A stretch of DNA of 64,000 nt from Eledone cirrhosa (Eukaryota): the NCBI GenBank assembly GCA_964016885.1, contig OZ024743.1, positions 209,684,001-209,748,000 on the forward strand, written 5' to 3'. Of this stretch, positions 30,301 to 44,339 are shown one piece after another. A model generated the notes under the pieces. It ran no database searches. It had not been told where the DNA came from and saw nothing but the letters and a program-made list of their open reading frames with translations. Made by a program: the position numbers and the translations under genes. Position 1 is the first letter of the stretch; each line of letters starts with the position of its first letter.

Positions 30301-33300
30301 GCCACACGTGAGAGCTCTTCACTCCATAAGATATACCACAGTTTACCATCCTATAGCCACACATGAAAGCTCTTCACTCAATAAGATATACCACAGTTTA
30401 CCATCCTATGGACACACATGAAAGCTCTTCACCCCATAAGATATACCACAGTTTACCATCCTATAGCCACACATGAAAGCTCTTCACTCCATAAGATATA
30501 CCACTCTTTACCATCCTATGGCCACACATGAAAGCTCTTCACTCCATAAGATATACCACAGTTTACCATCCTATAGCCACAGATGAAAGCTCTTCACTCC
30601 ATAAGATATACCACATTTTGCCATCCTATAGCCAGATGAAAGCTCTTCACTCCATGAGATATACCACAGTTTACCATCCTATAGCCACGCCACGGATGAA
30701 AGCTCTTCACTCCATAAGATATACCACAGTTTACTATCCTATAGCCACAGATGAAAGCTCTTCACTCCATAAGATATACCACAGTTTACCATCCTATGGC
30801 CACAGATGAAAGCTCTTCACTCCATAAGATATACCACAGTTTACCATCGTATAGCCACAGATGAAAGCTCTTCACTCCATAAGATATACCACAGTTTACC
30901 ATCCTATAGCCACACATGAAAGCTCTTCACTCCATAAGATATACCACAGTTTACCATCCTATAGCCACACATGAAAGCTCTTCACTCCATAAGATATACC
31001 ACTGTTTACCATCCTATAGCCACACATGAAAGCTCTTCACTCCATAATATATTCCACAGTTTACCATCCTATAGCCATACATGAGAGCTCTTCACTCCAT
31101 AAGATATACCACTGTTTACCATCCTATGGCCACACATGAAAGCTCTTCACTCCATAAGATATACCTCAATTTACCATCCTATGGCCACACATGAAAGCTC
31201 TTCACTCCATAAGATATACCACTGTTTCCCATCCTATGGCCACACATGAAAGCTCTTCACTCCATAAGATATACCACAGTTTACCATCCTATAGCCAGAT
31301 GAAAGCTCTTCACTCCATAAAATATACCACAGTTTACCATGCTATAGCCACAGATGAAAGCTCTTCACACCATAAGATATACCACAGTTTACCATCCTAT
31401 AGCCAGATGAAAGCTCTTCACTCCATAAGATATACCACAGTTTACCACCCTATAGCCACAGATGAACGCTCTTCACTCCATGAGATATACCACAGTTTAC
31501 CATCCTATAGCCACGCCACGGATGAGAGCTCTTCACTCCATGAGATATACCACAGTTTACAATCCTATAGCCACAGATGAAAGCTCTTCACTCCATATGA
31601 TATACTACAGTTTACCATCCTATAGCCACAGATGAAAGCTCTTCACTCCATAAGATATACCACAGTTTACCATCCTATAGCCACACATGAAAGCTCTTCA
31701 CTCCATAAGATATACCACAGTTTACCATCCTATAGCCACACATGAAAGCTCTTCACTCCATAAGATATACCACAGTTTACCATCCTATAGCCACACATGA
31801 AAGCTCTTCACTCCATAAGATATACCACAGTTTACCATCCTATAGCCACACATGAAAGCTCTTCACTCCATAAGATATACCACAGTTTACCATCCTATAG
31901 CCAGATGAAAGCTCTTCACTCCATAAGATATACCACAGTTAAGCATTCTATAGCCACAGATGAAAGCTCTTCACTCCATAAGATATACCACAGTTTACCA
32001 TCCTATAGCCACAGATGAAAGCTGTTCACTCCATAAGATATACCACAGTTTACTATCCTATAGCCACACATGAAAGCTCTTCACTCCATAAGATATACCA
32101 CAGTTTACCATCCTATAGCCACAGATGAAAGCTGTTCACTCCATAAGATATACGACAGTTTACCATCCTATAGCCAGATGAAAGCGCTTCACTCCATAAG
32201 ATATACCACATATTACAATCCTATAGCCACAGATGAAAGCTGTTCACTCCATAAGATATACCACAATTTACCATCCAGATGAAAGCTCTTCACTCCACAA
32301 GATATACCACAGTTTACCATCCTATAGCCACATATGAAAGCTGTTCACTCCATAAGATATACCACAGTTTACTATCCTATAGCCAGATGAAAGCTCTTCA
32401 CGCCATAAGATATACCACAGTTTACCATCCTATAGCCACAGATGAAAGCTCTTCACTCCATAAGATATACCACAGTTTACCATCCTATAGCCACAGATGC
32501 AAGCTCTTCACTCCATAAGATATACCACAGTTTACCATCCTATAGCCACAGATGAAAGCTCTTAACTCCATAAGATATACCACAGTTTACGATCCTATAG
32601 CCACAGATGAAAGCTCTTCACTCCATAAGATATACCACAGTTTACCATCCTATAGCCACAGATGAAAGCTCTTCACCCCATAAGATATACCAAAGTTTAC
32701 CATCCAATTGCCACACATGAAAGCTCTTCACTCCATAAGATATACCACAATTTACCATTCTATAGCCACAGATGAAAGCTATTCACCCCATAAGATATAC
32801 CACAGTTTACCATCCTATAGCCACACATGAAAGCTCTTCACTCCATAAGATATACCACAGTTTACCATCCTATAGCCACACATGAAAGCTCTTCACTCCA
32901 TAAGATATACCACAGTTTACCATGCTATAGCCACAGATGAAAGCTGTTCACTCCATAAGATATACCACAGTTTACCATCCTATAGCCACACATGAAAGCT
33001 CTTCACTCCATAAGATATACCACAGTATACCATCCTATAGCCACAGATGAAAGCTCTTCACCCCATAAGATATACCACAGTTTACCATCCTATAGCCACA
33101 CATGAAAGCTCTTCACTCCATAAGATATACCACAGTTTACCATCCTATAGCCACACATGAAAGCTCTTCACTCCATAAGATATACCACAGTTTACCATCC
33201 TATAGCCACAGATGAAAGCTCTTCACCCCATAAGATATACCACAGTTTACCATCCTATTGCCACACATGAAAGCTCTTCACTCCATAAGATATACCACAG

Positions 33301-33767
33301 TTTACCATCCTATAGCCACACATGAAAGCTCTTCACTCCATAAGATATACCACAGTTTACCATCCTATAGCCAGATGAAAGCTCTTCACTCCATAAGATA
33401 TACGACAGTTTACCATCCTATAGCCACACATGAAATCTCTTCACTCCATAAGATATACCTCAGTTTACCATCCTATAGCCACAGATGAAAGCTCTTCACT
33501 CCATAAGATATACCACAGTTTACCATCCTATAGCCACACATGAAATCTCTTCATGCCATAAGATATACCTCAGTTTACAATCCTATAGTCACAGATGAAA
33601 GCTCTTCACTCCATAAGATATACCACAGTTCACCATCCTATGGCCACACATGAAAGCTCTTCACCCCATAAGATATACCACAGTTTACCATCCTATAGCC
33701 AGTTGAAGGCTCTTCACTCCGTAAAATATACCACAGTTTACCATCCTATAGCCACACATGAAAGCTC
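15375..33767 (+). repeat. ~9.14-kb tandem segmental duplication (copies ~15375-24515 and ~24516-33767)
   Basis: ORF offsets are 9141 (15973/25114 through 21387/30528), then 9142 after a 1-bp gap at ~22001 in copy 1, then 9252 after two extra monomers near 32500-32610 in copy 2. Shared private markers include AAGGTCTGCAC (~15759/24900) and CTCTTACCCC (~16630/25771). Confidence 0.93.
23091..23136 (+). repeat. 46-bp truncated monomer (further copies at 32233-32278 and 37709-37754)
   Basis: The monomer ends ..ACAATTTACCATCCAG then ATG, i.e. TATAGCC is lost from a 53-bp monomer. The three copies are offset by 9142 and 5476, matching the large duplications. Confidence 0.9.
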
Positions 33768-36700
33768 TTCACTCCATAAGATATACCACAGTTTACCATC
33801 CTATAGCCACACATGAGAGCTCTTCACTCCATAAGATATACCACAGTTTACCATCCTATAGCCACACATGAAAGCTCTTCACTCCATAAGATATACCACT
33901 GTTTACCATCCTATGGCCACACATGAAATCTCTTCACTCCATAAGATATACCACAGTTTACCATCCTATAGCCAGATAAAAGCTCTTCACTCCATAAAAT
34001 ATACCACAGTTTACCATCCTATAGCCACAGATGAAAGCTCTTCACTCCATAAGATATACCACAGTTTACCACCCTATAGCCACAGATGAAAGCTCTTCAC
34101 TCCATGAGATATACCACAGTTTACCATCCTATAGCCACGCCAACGGAAGAAAGCTCTTCACTCCATAAGATATACCACAGTTTACAATCCTATAGCCACA
34201 GATGAAAGCTCTTCACTCCATGAGATATACCACAGTTTACCATCCTATGGCCACAGATGAATGCTCTTCACTGCATAAGATATACCACAGTTTACCATCC
34301 TATAGCCACAGATGAAAGCTGTTCACTCGATAAGATATACCAGTTTACCATCCTATAGCCACACATGAAAGCTCTTCACTCCATAAGATATACCACAGTT
34401 TACCATCCTATAGCCACACATGAAAGCTCTTCACTCCATAAGATATCCCACAGTTTACCATCATATAGCCACACATGAAAGCTCTTCACTCCATAAGATA
34501 TACCACAGTTTACCATCCTATAGCCAGATGAAAGCTCTTCACTCCATAAGATATACCACAGTTTATCATCCTATAGCCACAGATGAAAGCTGTTCACTCC
34601 ATAAGATATACCACAGTTTACTATCCTATAGCCACACATGAAAGCTCTTCACTCCTTAAGATATACCACAGTTTACCATCCTATAGCCACAGATGAAAGC
34701 TGTTCACACCATAAGATATACCACAGTTAACCATTCTATAGCCACAGATGAAAGCTCTTCACTCCATAAGATATACCACAGTTTACCATCCTATGGCCAC
34801 ACATGAAAGCTCTTCACCCCATAAGATATACCACAGTTTACCATCCTATAGCCAGTTGAAGGCTCTTCACTCCGTAAAATATACCACAGTTTACCATCCT
34901 ATAGCCACACATGAAAGCTCTTCACTCCATAAGATATACCACAGTTTACCATCCTATAGCCACACGTGAGAGCTCTTCACTCCATAAGATATACCACAGT
35001 TTACCATCCTATAGCCACACATGAAAGCTCTTCACTCCATAAGATATACCACTGTTTACCATCCTATGGCCACACATGAAAGCTCTTCACTCCATAAGAT
35101 ATACCACAGTTTACCATCCTATAGCCAGATAAAAGCTCTTCACTCCATAAAATATACCACAGTTTACCATCCTATAGCCACAGATGAAAGCTCTTCACTC
35201 CATAAGATATACCACAGTTTACCACCCTATAGCCACAGATGAAAGCTCTTCACTCCATGAGATATACCACAGTTTACCATCCTATAGCCACGCCACGGAA
35301 GAAAGCTCTTCACTCCATAAGATATACCACAGTTTACAATCCTATAGCCACAGATGAAAGCTCTTCACTCCATGAGATATACCACAGTTTACCATCCTAT
35401 GGCCACAGATGAATGCTCTTCACTGCATAAGATATACCACAGTTTACCATCCTATAGCCACAGATGAAAGCTCTTCACTCCTTAAGATACACCACAGTTT
35501 ACCATCTTGTAGCCACAGATGAAAGCTCTTCACTCCATAAGATATACCACAGTTTACCATCCTATAGCCACAGATGAAAGCTCTTCACTCCTTAAGATAC
35601 ACCACAGTTTCCTATCTTGTAGCCACAGATGAAAGCTCTTCACTCCATAACATATACCACAGTTTACCATCCTATAGCCACAGATGAAAGCTGTTCACTC
35701 GATAAGATATACCAGTTTACCATCCTATAGCCACACATGAAAGCTCTTCACTCCATAAGATATACCACAGTTTACCATCCTATAGCCACACATGAAAGCT
35801 CTTCACTCCATAAGATATCCCACAGTTTACCATCATATAGCCACACATGAAAGCTCTTCACTCCATAAGATATACCACAGTTTACCATCCTATAGCCACA
35901 GATCAAAGCTCTTAACTCCATAAGATATACCACAGTTTACCATCCTATAGCCACAGATGAAAGCTCTTCACTCCATAAGATATACCACAGTTTACCATCC
36001 TATAGCCACAGAATAAAGCTCTTCACTCCATAAGATATACCAAAGTTTACCATCCAATTGCCACACATGAAAGCTCTTCACTCCATAAGATATACCACAA
36101 TTTACCATTCTATAGCCACAGATGAAAGCTATTCACCCCATAAGATATACCACAGTTTACCATCCTATAGCCACACATGAAAGCTCTTCACTCCATAAGA
36201 TATACCACAGTTTACCATCCTATAGCCACACATGAAAGCTCTTCACTCCATAAGATATACCACAGTTTACCATGCTATAGCCACAGATGAAAGCTGTTCA
36301 CTCCATAAGATATACCACAGTTTACCATCCTATAGCCACACATGAAAGCTCTTCACTCCATAAGATATACCACAGTATACCATCCTATAGCCACAGATGA
36401 AAGCTCTTCACCCCATAAGATATACCACAGTTTACCATCCTATCGCCACACATGAAAGCTCTTCACTCCATAAGATATACCACAGTTTACCATCCTATAG
36501 CCACACATGAAAGCTCTTCACTCCATAAGATATACCACAGTTTACCATCCTATAGCCACAGATGAAAGCTCTTCACCCCATAAGATATACCACAGTTTAC
36601 CATCCTATTGCCACACATGAAAGCTCTTCACTCCATAAGATATACCACAGTTTACCATCCTATAGCCACACATGAAAGCTCTTCACTCCATAGGATATAC

Positions 36701-39700
36701 CACAGTTTACCATCCTATAGCCAGATGAAAGCTCTTCACTCCATAAGATATACGACAGTTTACCATCCTATAGCCACACATGAAATCTCTTCACTCCATA
36801 AGATATACCTCAGTTTACCATCCTATAGCCACAGATGAAAGCTCTTCACTCCATAAGATATACCACAGTTTACCATCCTATAGCCACACATGAAATCTCT
36901 TCATGCCATAAGATATACCTCAGTTTACAATCCTATAGCCACAGATGAAAGCTCTTCACTCCATAAGATATACCACAGTTTACCATCCTATGGCCACACA
37001 TGAAAGCTCTTCACCCCATAAGATATACCACAGTTTACCATCCTATAGCCAGTTGAAGGCTCTTCACTCCGTAAAATATACCACAGTTTACCATCCTATA
37101 GCCACACATGAAAGCTCTTCACTCCATAAGATATACCACAGTTTACCATCCTATAGCCACACGTGAGAGCTCTTCACTCCATAAGATATACCACAGTTTA
37201 CCATCCTATAGCCACACATGAAAGCTCTTCACTCCATAAGATATACCACTGTTTACCATCCTATGGCCACACATGAAAGCTCTTCACTCCATAAGATATA
37301 CCACAGTTTACCATCCTATAGCCACACATGAAAGCTCTTCACTCCATAAGATATACCACAGTTTACCATCCTATAGCCAGATGAAAGCTCTTCACTCCAT
37401 AAGATATACCACAGTTAAGCATTCTATAGCCACAGATGAAAGCTCTTCACTCCATAAGATATACCACAGTTTACCATCCTATAGCCACAGATGAAAGCTG
37501 TTCACTCCATAAGATATACCACAGTTTACTATCCTATAGCCACACATGAAAGCTCTTCACTCCATAAGATATACCACAGTTTACCATCCTATAGCCACAG
37601 ATGAAAGCTGTTCACTCCATAAGATATACGACAGTTTACCATCCTATAGCCAGATGAAAGCGCTTCACTCCATAAGATATACCACATATTACAATCCTAT
37701 AGCCACAGATGAAAGCTGTTCACTCCATAAGATATACCACAATTTACCATCCAGATGAAAGCTCTTCACTCCACAAGATATACCACAGTTTACCATCCTA
37801 TAGCCACATATGAAAGCTGTTCACTCCATAAGATATACCACAGTTTACTATCCTATAGCCAGATGAAAGCTCTTCACGCCATAAGATATACCACAGTTTA
37901 CCATCCTATAGCCACAGATGAAAGCTCTTCACTCCATAAGATATACCACAGTTTACCATCCTATAGCCACAGATGCAAGCTCTTCACTCCATAAGATATA
38001 CCACAGTTTACCATCCTATAGCCACAGATGAAAGCTCTTAACTCCATAAGATATACCACAGTTTACGATCCTATAGCCACAGATGAAAGCTCTTCACTCC
38101 ATAAGATATACCACAGTTTACCATCCTATAGCCACAGATGAAAGCTCTTCACCCCATAAGATATACCAAAGTTTACCATCCAATTGCCACACATGAAAGC
38201 TCTTCACTCCATAAGATATACCACAATTTACCATTCTATAGCCACAGATGAAAGCTATTCACCCCATAAGATATACCACAGTTTACCATCCTATAGCCAC
38301 ACATGAAAGCTCTTCACTCCATAAGATATACCACAGTTTACCATCCTATAGCCACACATGAAAGCTCTTCACTCCATAAGATATACCACAGTTTACCATG
38401 CTATAGCCACAGATGAAAGCTGTTCACTCCATAAGATATACCACAGTTTACCATCCTATAGCCACACATGAATGCTCTTCACTCCATAAGATATACCACA
38501 GTATACCATCCTATAGCCACAGATGAAAGCTCTTCACCCCATAAGATATACCACAGTTTACCATCCTATAGCCACACATGAAAGCTCTTCACTCCATAAG
38601 ATATACCACAGTTTACCATCCTATAGCCACACATGAAAGCTCTTCACTCCATAAGATATACCACAGTTTACCATCCTATAGCCACAGATGAAAGCTCTTC
38701 ACCCCATAAGATATACCACAGTTTACCATCCTATTGCCACACATGAAAGCTCTTCACTCCATAAGATATACCACAGTTTACCATCCTATAGCCACACATG
38801 AAAGCTCTTCACTCCATAAGATATACCACAGTTTACCATCCTATAGCCAGATGAAAGCTCTTCACTCCATAAGATATACGACAGTTTACCATCCTATAGC
38901 CACACATGAAATCTCTTCACTCCATAAGATATACCTCAGTTTACCATCCTATAGCCACAGATGAAAGCTCTTCACTCCATAAGATATACCACAGTTTACC
39001 ATCCTATAGCCACACATGAAATCTCTTCATGCCATAAGATATACCTCAGTTTACAATCCTATAGTCACAGATGAAAGCTCTTCACTCCATAAGATATACC
39101 ACAGTTCACCATCCTATGGCCACACATGAAAGCTCTTCACCCCATAAGATATACCACAGTTTACCATCCTATAGCCAGTTGAAGGCTCTTCACTCCGTAA
39201 AATATACCACAGTTTACCATCCTATAGCCACACATGAAAGCTCTTCACTCCATAAGATATACCACAGTTTACCATCCTATAGCCACACATGAGAGCTCTT
39301 CACTCCATAAGATATACCACAGTTTACCATCCTATAGCCACACATGAAAGCTCTTCACTCCATAAGATATACCACTGTTTACCATCCTATGGCCACACAT
39401 GAAATCTCTTCACTCCATAAGATATACCACAGTTTACCATCCTATAGCCAGATAAAAGCTCTTCACTCCATAAAATATACCACAGTTTACCATCCTATAG
39501 CCACAGATGAAAGCTCTTCACTCCATAAGATATACCACAGTTTACCACCCTATAGCCACAGATGAAAGCTCTTCACTCCATGAGATATACCACAGTTTAC
39601 CATCCTATAGCCACGCCAACGGAAGAAAGCTCTTCACTCCATAAGATATACCACAGTTTACAATCCTATAGCCACAGATGAAAGCTCTTCACTCCATGAG

Positions 39701-42583
39701 ATATACCACAGTTTACCATCCTATGGCCACAGATGAATGCTCTTCACTGCATAAGATATACCACAGTTTACCATCCTATAGCCACAGATGAAAGCTGTTC
39801 ACTCGATAAGATATACCAGTTTACCATCCTATAGCCACACATGAAAGCTCTTCACTCCATAAGATATACCACAGTTTACCATCCTATAGCCACACATGAA
39901 AGCTCTTCACTCCATAAGATATCCCACAGTTTACCATCATATAGCCACACATGAAAGCTCTTCACTCCATAAGATATACCACAGTTTACCATCCTATAGC
40001 CAGATGAAAGCTCTTCACTCCATAAGATATACCACAGTTTATCATCCTATAGCCACAGATGAAAGCTGTTCACTCCATAAGATATACCACAGTTTACTAT
40101 CCTATAGCCACACATGAAAGCTCTTCACTCCTTAAGATATACCACAGTTTACCATCCTATAGCCACAGATGAAAGCTGTTCACACCATAAGATATACCAC
40201 AGTTAACCATTCTATAGCCACAGATGAAAGCTCTTCACTCCATAAGATATACCACAGTTTACCATCCTATGGCCACACATGAAAGCTCTTCACCCCATAA
40301 GATATACCACAGTTTACCATCCTATAGCCAGTTGAAGGCTCTTCACTCCGTAAAATATACCACAGTTTACCATCCTATAGCCACACATGAAAGCTCTTCA
40401 CTCCATAAGATATACCACAGTTTACCATCCTATAGCCACACGTGAGAGCTCTTCACTCCATAAGATATACCACAGTTTACCATCCTATAGCCACACATGA
40501 AAGCTCTTCACTCCATAAGATATACCACTGTTTACCATCCTATGGCCACACATGAAAGCTCTTCACTCCATAAGATATACCACAGTTTACCATCCTATAG
40601 CCAGATAAAAGCTCTTCACTCCATAAAATATACCACAGTTTACCATCCTATAGCCACAGATGAAAGCTCTTCACTCCATAAGATATACCACAGTTTACCA
40701 CCCTATAGCCACAGATGAAAGCTCTTCACTCCATGAGATATACCACAGTTTACCATCCTATAGCCACGCCACGGAAGAAAGCTCTTCACTCCATAAGATA
40801 TACCACAGTTTACAATCCTATAGCCACAGATGAAAGCTCTTCACTCCATGAGATATACCACAGTTTACCATCCTATGGCCACAGATGAATGCTCTTCACT
40901 GCATAGGATATACCACAGTTTACCATCCTATAGCCACAGATGAAAGCTCTTCACTCCTTAAGATATACCACAGTTTACCATCTTGTAGCCACAGATGAAA
41001 GCTCTTCACTCCATAAGATATACCACAGTTTACCATCCTATAGCCACAGATGAAAGCTCTTCACTCCTTAAGATACACCACAGTTTCCTATCTTGTAGCC
41101 ACAGATGAAAGCTCTTCACTCCATAACATATACCACAGTTTACCATCCTATAGCCACAGATGAAAGCTGTTCACTCGATAAGATATACAAGTTTACCATC
41201 CTATAGCCACACATGAAAGCTCTTCACTCCATAAGATATACCACAGTTTACCATCCTATAGCCACACATGAAAGCTCTTCACTCCATAAGATATCCCACA
41301 GTTTACCATCATATAGCCACACATGAAAGCTCTTCACTCCATAAGATATACCACAGTTTACCATCCTATAGCCACAGATGAAAGCTCTTAACTCCATAAG
41401 ATATACCACAGTTTACCATCCTATAGCCACAGATGAAAGCTCTTCACTCCATAAGATATACCACAGTTTACCATCCTATAGCCACAGATGAAAGCTCTTC
41501 ACCCCATAAGATATACCAAAGTTTACCATCCAATTGCCACACATGAAAGCTCTTCACTCCATAAGATATACCACAGTTTACCATGCTATAGCCACAGATG
41601 AAAGCTGTTCACTCCATAAGATATACCACAGTTTACCATCCTATAGCCACACATGAAAGCTCTTCACTCCATAAGATATACCACAGTATACCATCCTATA
41701 GCCACAGATGAAAGCTCTTCACCCCATAAGATATACCACAGTTTACCATCCTATCGCCACACATGAAAGCTCTTCACTCCATAAGATATACCACAGTTTA
41801 CCATCCTATAGCCACACATGAAAGCTCTTCACTCCATAAGATATACCACAGTTTACCATCCTATAGCCACAGATGAAAGCTCTTCACCCCATAAGATATA
41901 CCACAGTTTACCATCCTATTGCCACACATGAAAGCTCTTCACTCCATAAGATATACCACAGTTTACCATCCTATAGCCACACATGAAAGCTCTTCACTCC
42001 ATAGGATATACCACAGTTTACCATCCTATAGCCAGATGAAAGCTCTTCACTCCATAAGATATACGACAGTTTACCATCCTATAGCCACACATGAAATCTC
42101 TTCACTCCATAAGATATACCTCAGTTTACCATCCTATAGCCACAGATGAAAGCTCTTCACTCCATAAGATATACCACAGTTTACCATCCTATAGCCACAC
42201 ATGAAATCTCTTCATGCCATAAGATATACCTCAGTTTACAATCCTATAGCCACAGATGAAAGCTCTTCACTCCATAAGATATACCACAGTTTACCATCCT
42301 ATGGCCACACATGAAAGCTCTTCACCCCATAAGATATACCACAGTTTACCATCCTATAGCCAGTTGAAGGCTCTTCAATCCGTAAAATATACCACAGTTT
42401 ACCATCCTATAGCCACACATGAAAGCTCTTCACTCCATAAGATATACCACAGTTTACCATCCTATAGCCACACGTGAGAGCTCTTCACTCCATAAGATAT
42501 ACCACAGTTTACCATCCTATAGCCACACATGAAAGCTCTTCACTCCATAAGATATACCACTGTTTACCATCCTATGGCCACAC
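31797..42583 (+). repeat. 5476-bp tandem segmental duplication (copies ~31797-37272 and ~37273-42583, the second lacking 3 monomers)
   Basis: ORF offsets are 5476 (31797/37273 through 35021/40497), then 5311 (36608/41919, 36945/42256). Shared private markers include GCCACGCCAACGG (34134/39610), GATGCAAGC and TTTACGATCC. Confidence 0.92.
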
Positions 42584-44339
42584 ATGAAAGCTCTTCACTC
42601 CATAAGATATACCACAGTTTACCATCCTATAGCCAGATAAAAGCTCTTCACTCCATAAAATATACCACAGTTTACCATCCTATAGCCACAGATGAAAGCT
42701 CTTCACTCCATAAGATATACCACAGTTTACCACCCTATAGCCACAGATGAAAGCTCTTCACTCCATGAGATATACCACAGTTTACCATCCTATAGCCACG
42801 CCACGGAAGAAAGCTCTTCACTCCATAAGATATACCACAGTTTACAATCCTATAGCCACAGATGAAAGCTCTTCACTCCATGAGATATACCACAGTTTAC
42901 CATCCTATGGCCACAGATGAATGCTCTTCACTGCATAAGATATACCACAGTTTACCATCCTATAGCCACAGATGAAAGCTCTTCACTCCTTAAGATACAC
43001 CACAGTTTACCATCTTGTAGCCACAGATGAAAGCTCTTCACTCCATAAGATATACCACAGTTTACCATCCTATAGCCACAGATGAAAGCTCTTCACTCCT
43101 TAAGATACACCACAGTTTACCATCTTGTAGCCACAGATGAAAGCTCTTCACTCCATAACATATACCACAGTTTACCATCCTATAGCCACAGATGAAAGCT
43201 GTTCACTCGATAAGATATACCAGTTTACCATCCTATAGCCACACATGAAAGCTCTTCACTCCATAAGATATACCACAGTTTACCATCCTATAGCCACACA
43301 TGAAAGCTCTTCACTCCATAAGATATCCCACAGTTTACCATCATATAGCCACACATGAAAGCTCTTCACTCCATAAGATATACCACAGTTTACCATCCTA
43401 TAGCCAGATGAAAGCTCTTCACTCCATAAGATATACCACAGTTTATCATCCTATAGCCACAGATGAAAGATGTTCACTCCATAAGATATACCACAGTTTA
43501 CTATCCTATAGCCACACATGAAAGCTCTTCACTCCATAAGATATACCACAGTTTACCATCCTATAGCCACAGATGAAAGCTGTTCACTCCATAAGATATA
43601 CGACAGTTTACCATCCTATAGCCACAGAAGAAAGCTGTTCACTCCATAAGATATACGACAGTTTACCATCCTATAGCCAGATAAAAGCTGTTCACTCCAT
43701 AAGACATACCACAGATTACCATCCTATAGCCACAGATGAAAGCTCTTCACTCCATAAGATATACCACAGTTTACCATCCTATAGCCACAGATGAAAGCTC
43801 TTCACTCCATAAGATATACCACAGTTTACCATCCTATGGCCCTCATGAAAGCTCTTCACCCCATAAGATATACCTCAGTTTACCATCCTGTAGCCACAGA
43901 TGAAAGCTCTTCACTCCATAAGATATACCACAGTTTACCATCCTGTAGCCACAGATGAAAGCTCTTCACTCCATAAGATATACCACAGTTTACCATCCTG
44001 TAGCCACACATGAAAGTTCTTCACTCCATAAGATATACCACAGTTTACCATCCTATAGCCACAGATGAAAGCTGTTCACTCCATAAGATATACCACAGTT
44101 TACCATCCTATAGCCACAGATGAAAGCTCTTCACTCCATAAGATATACCACAGTTTACCATCCTATAGCCACAGATGAAAGCTCTTCACTCCATAAGATA
44201 TACCACAGTTTACCATCCTATAGCCACAGATGAAAGATGTCCACTCCATAAGATATACCACAGTTTACCATCCTATAGCCACAGATGAAAGCTCTTCACT
44301 CCATAAGATATACCACAGTTTACCATCCTATAGCCACAC

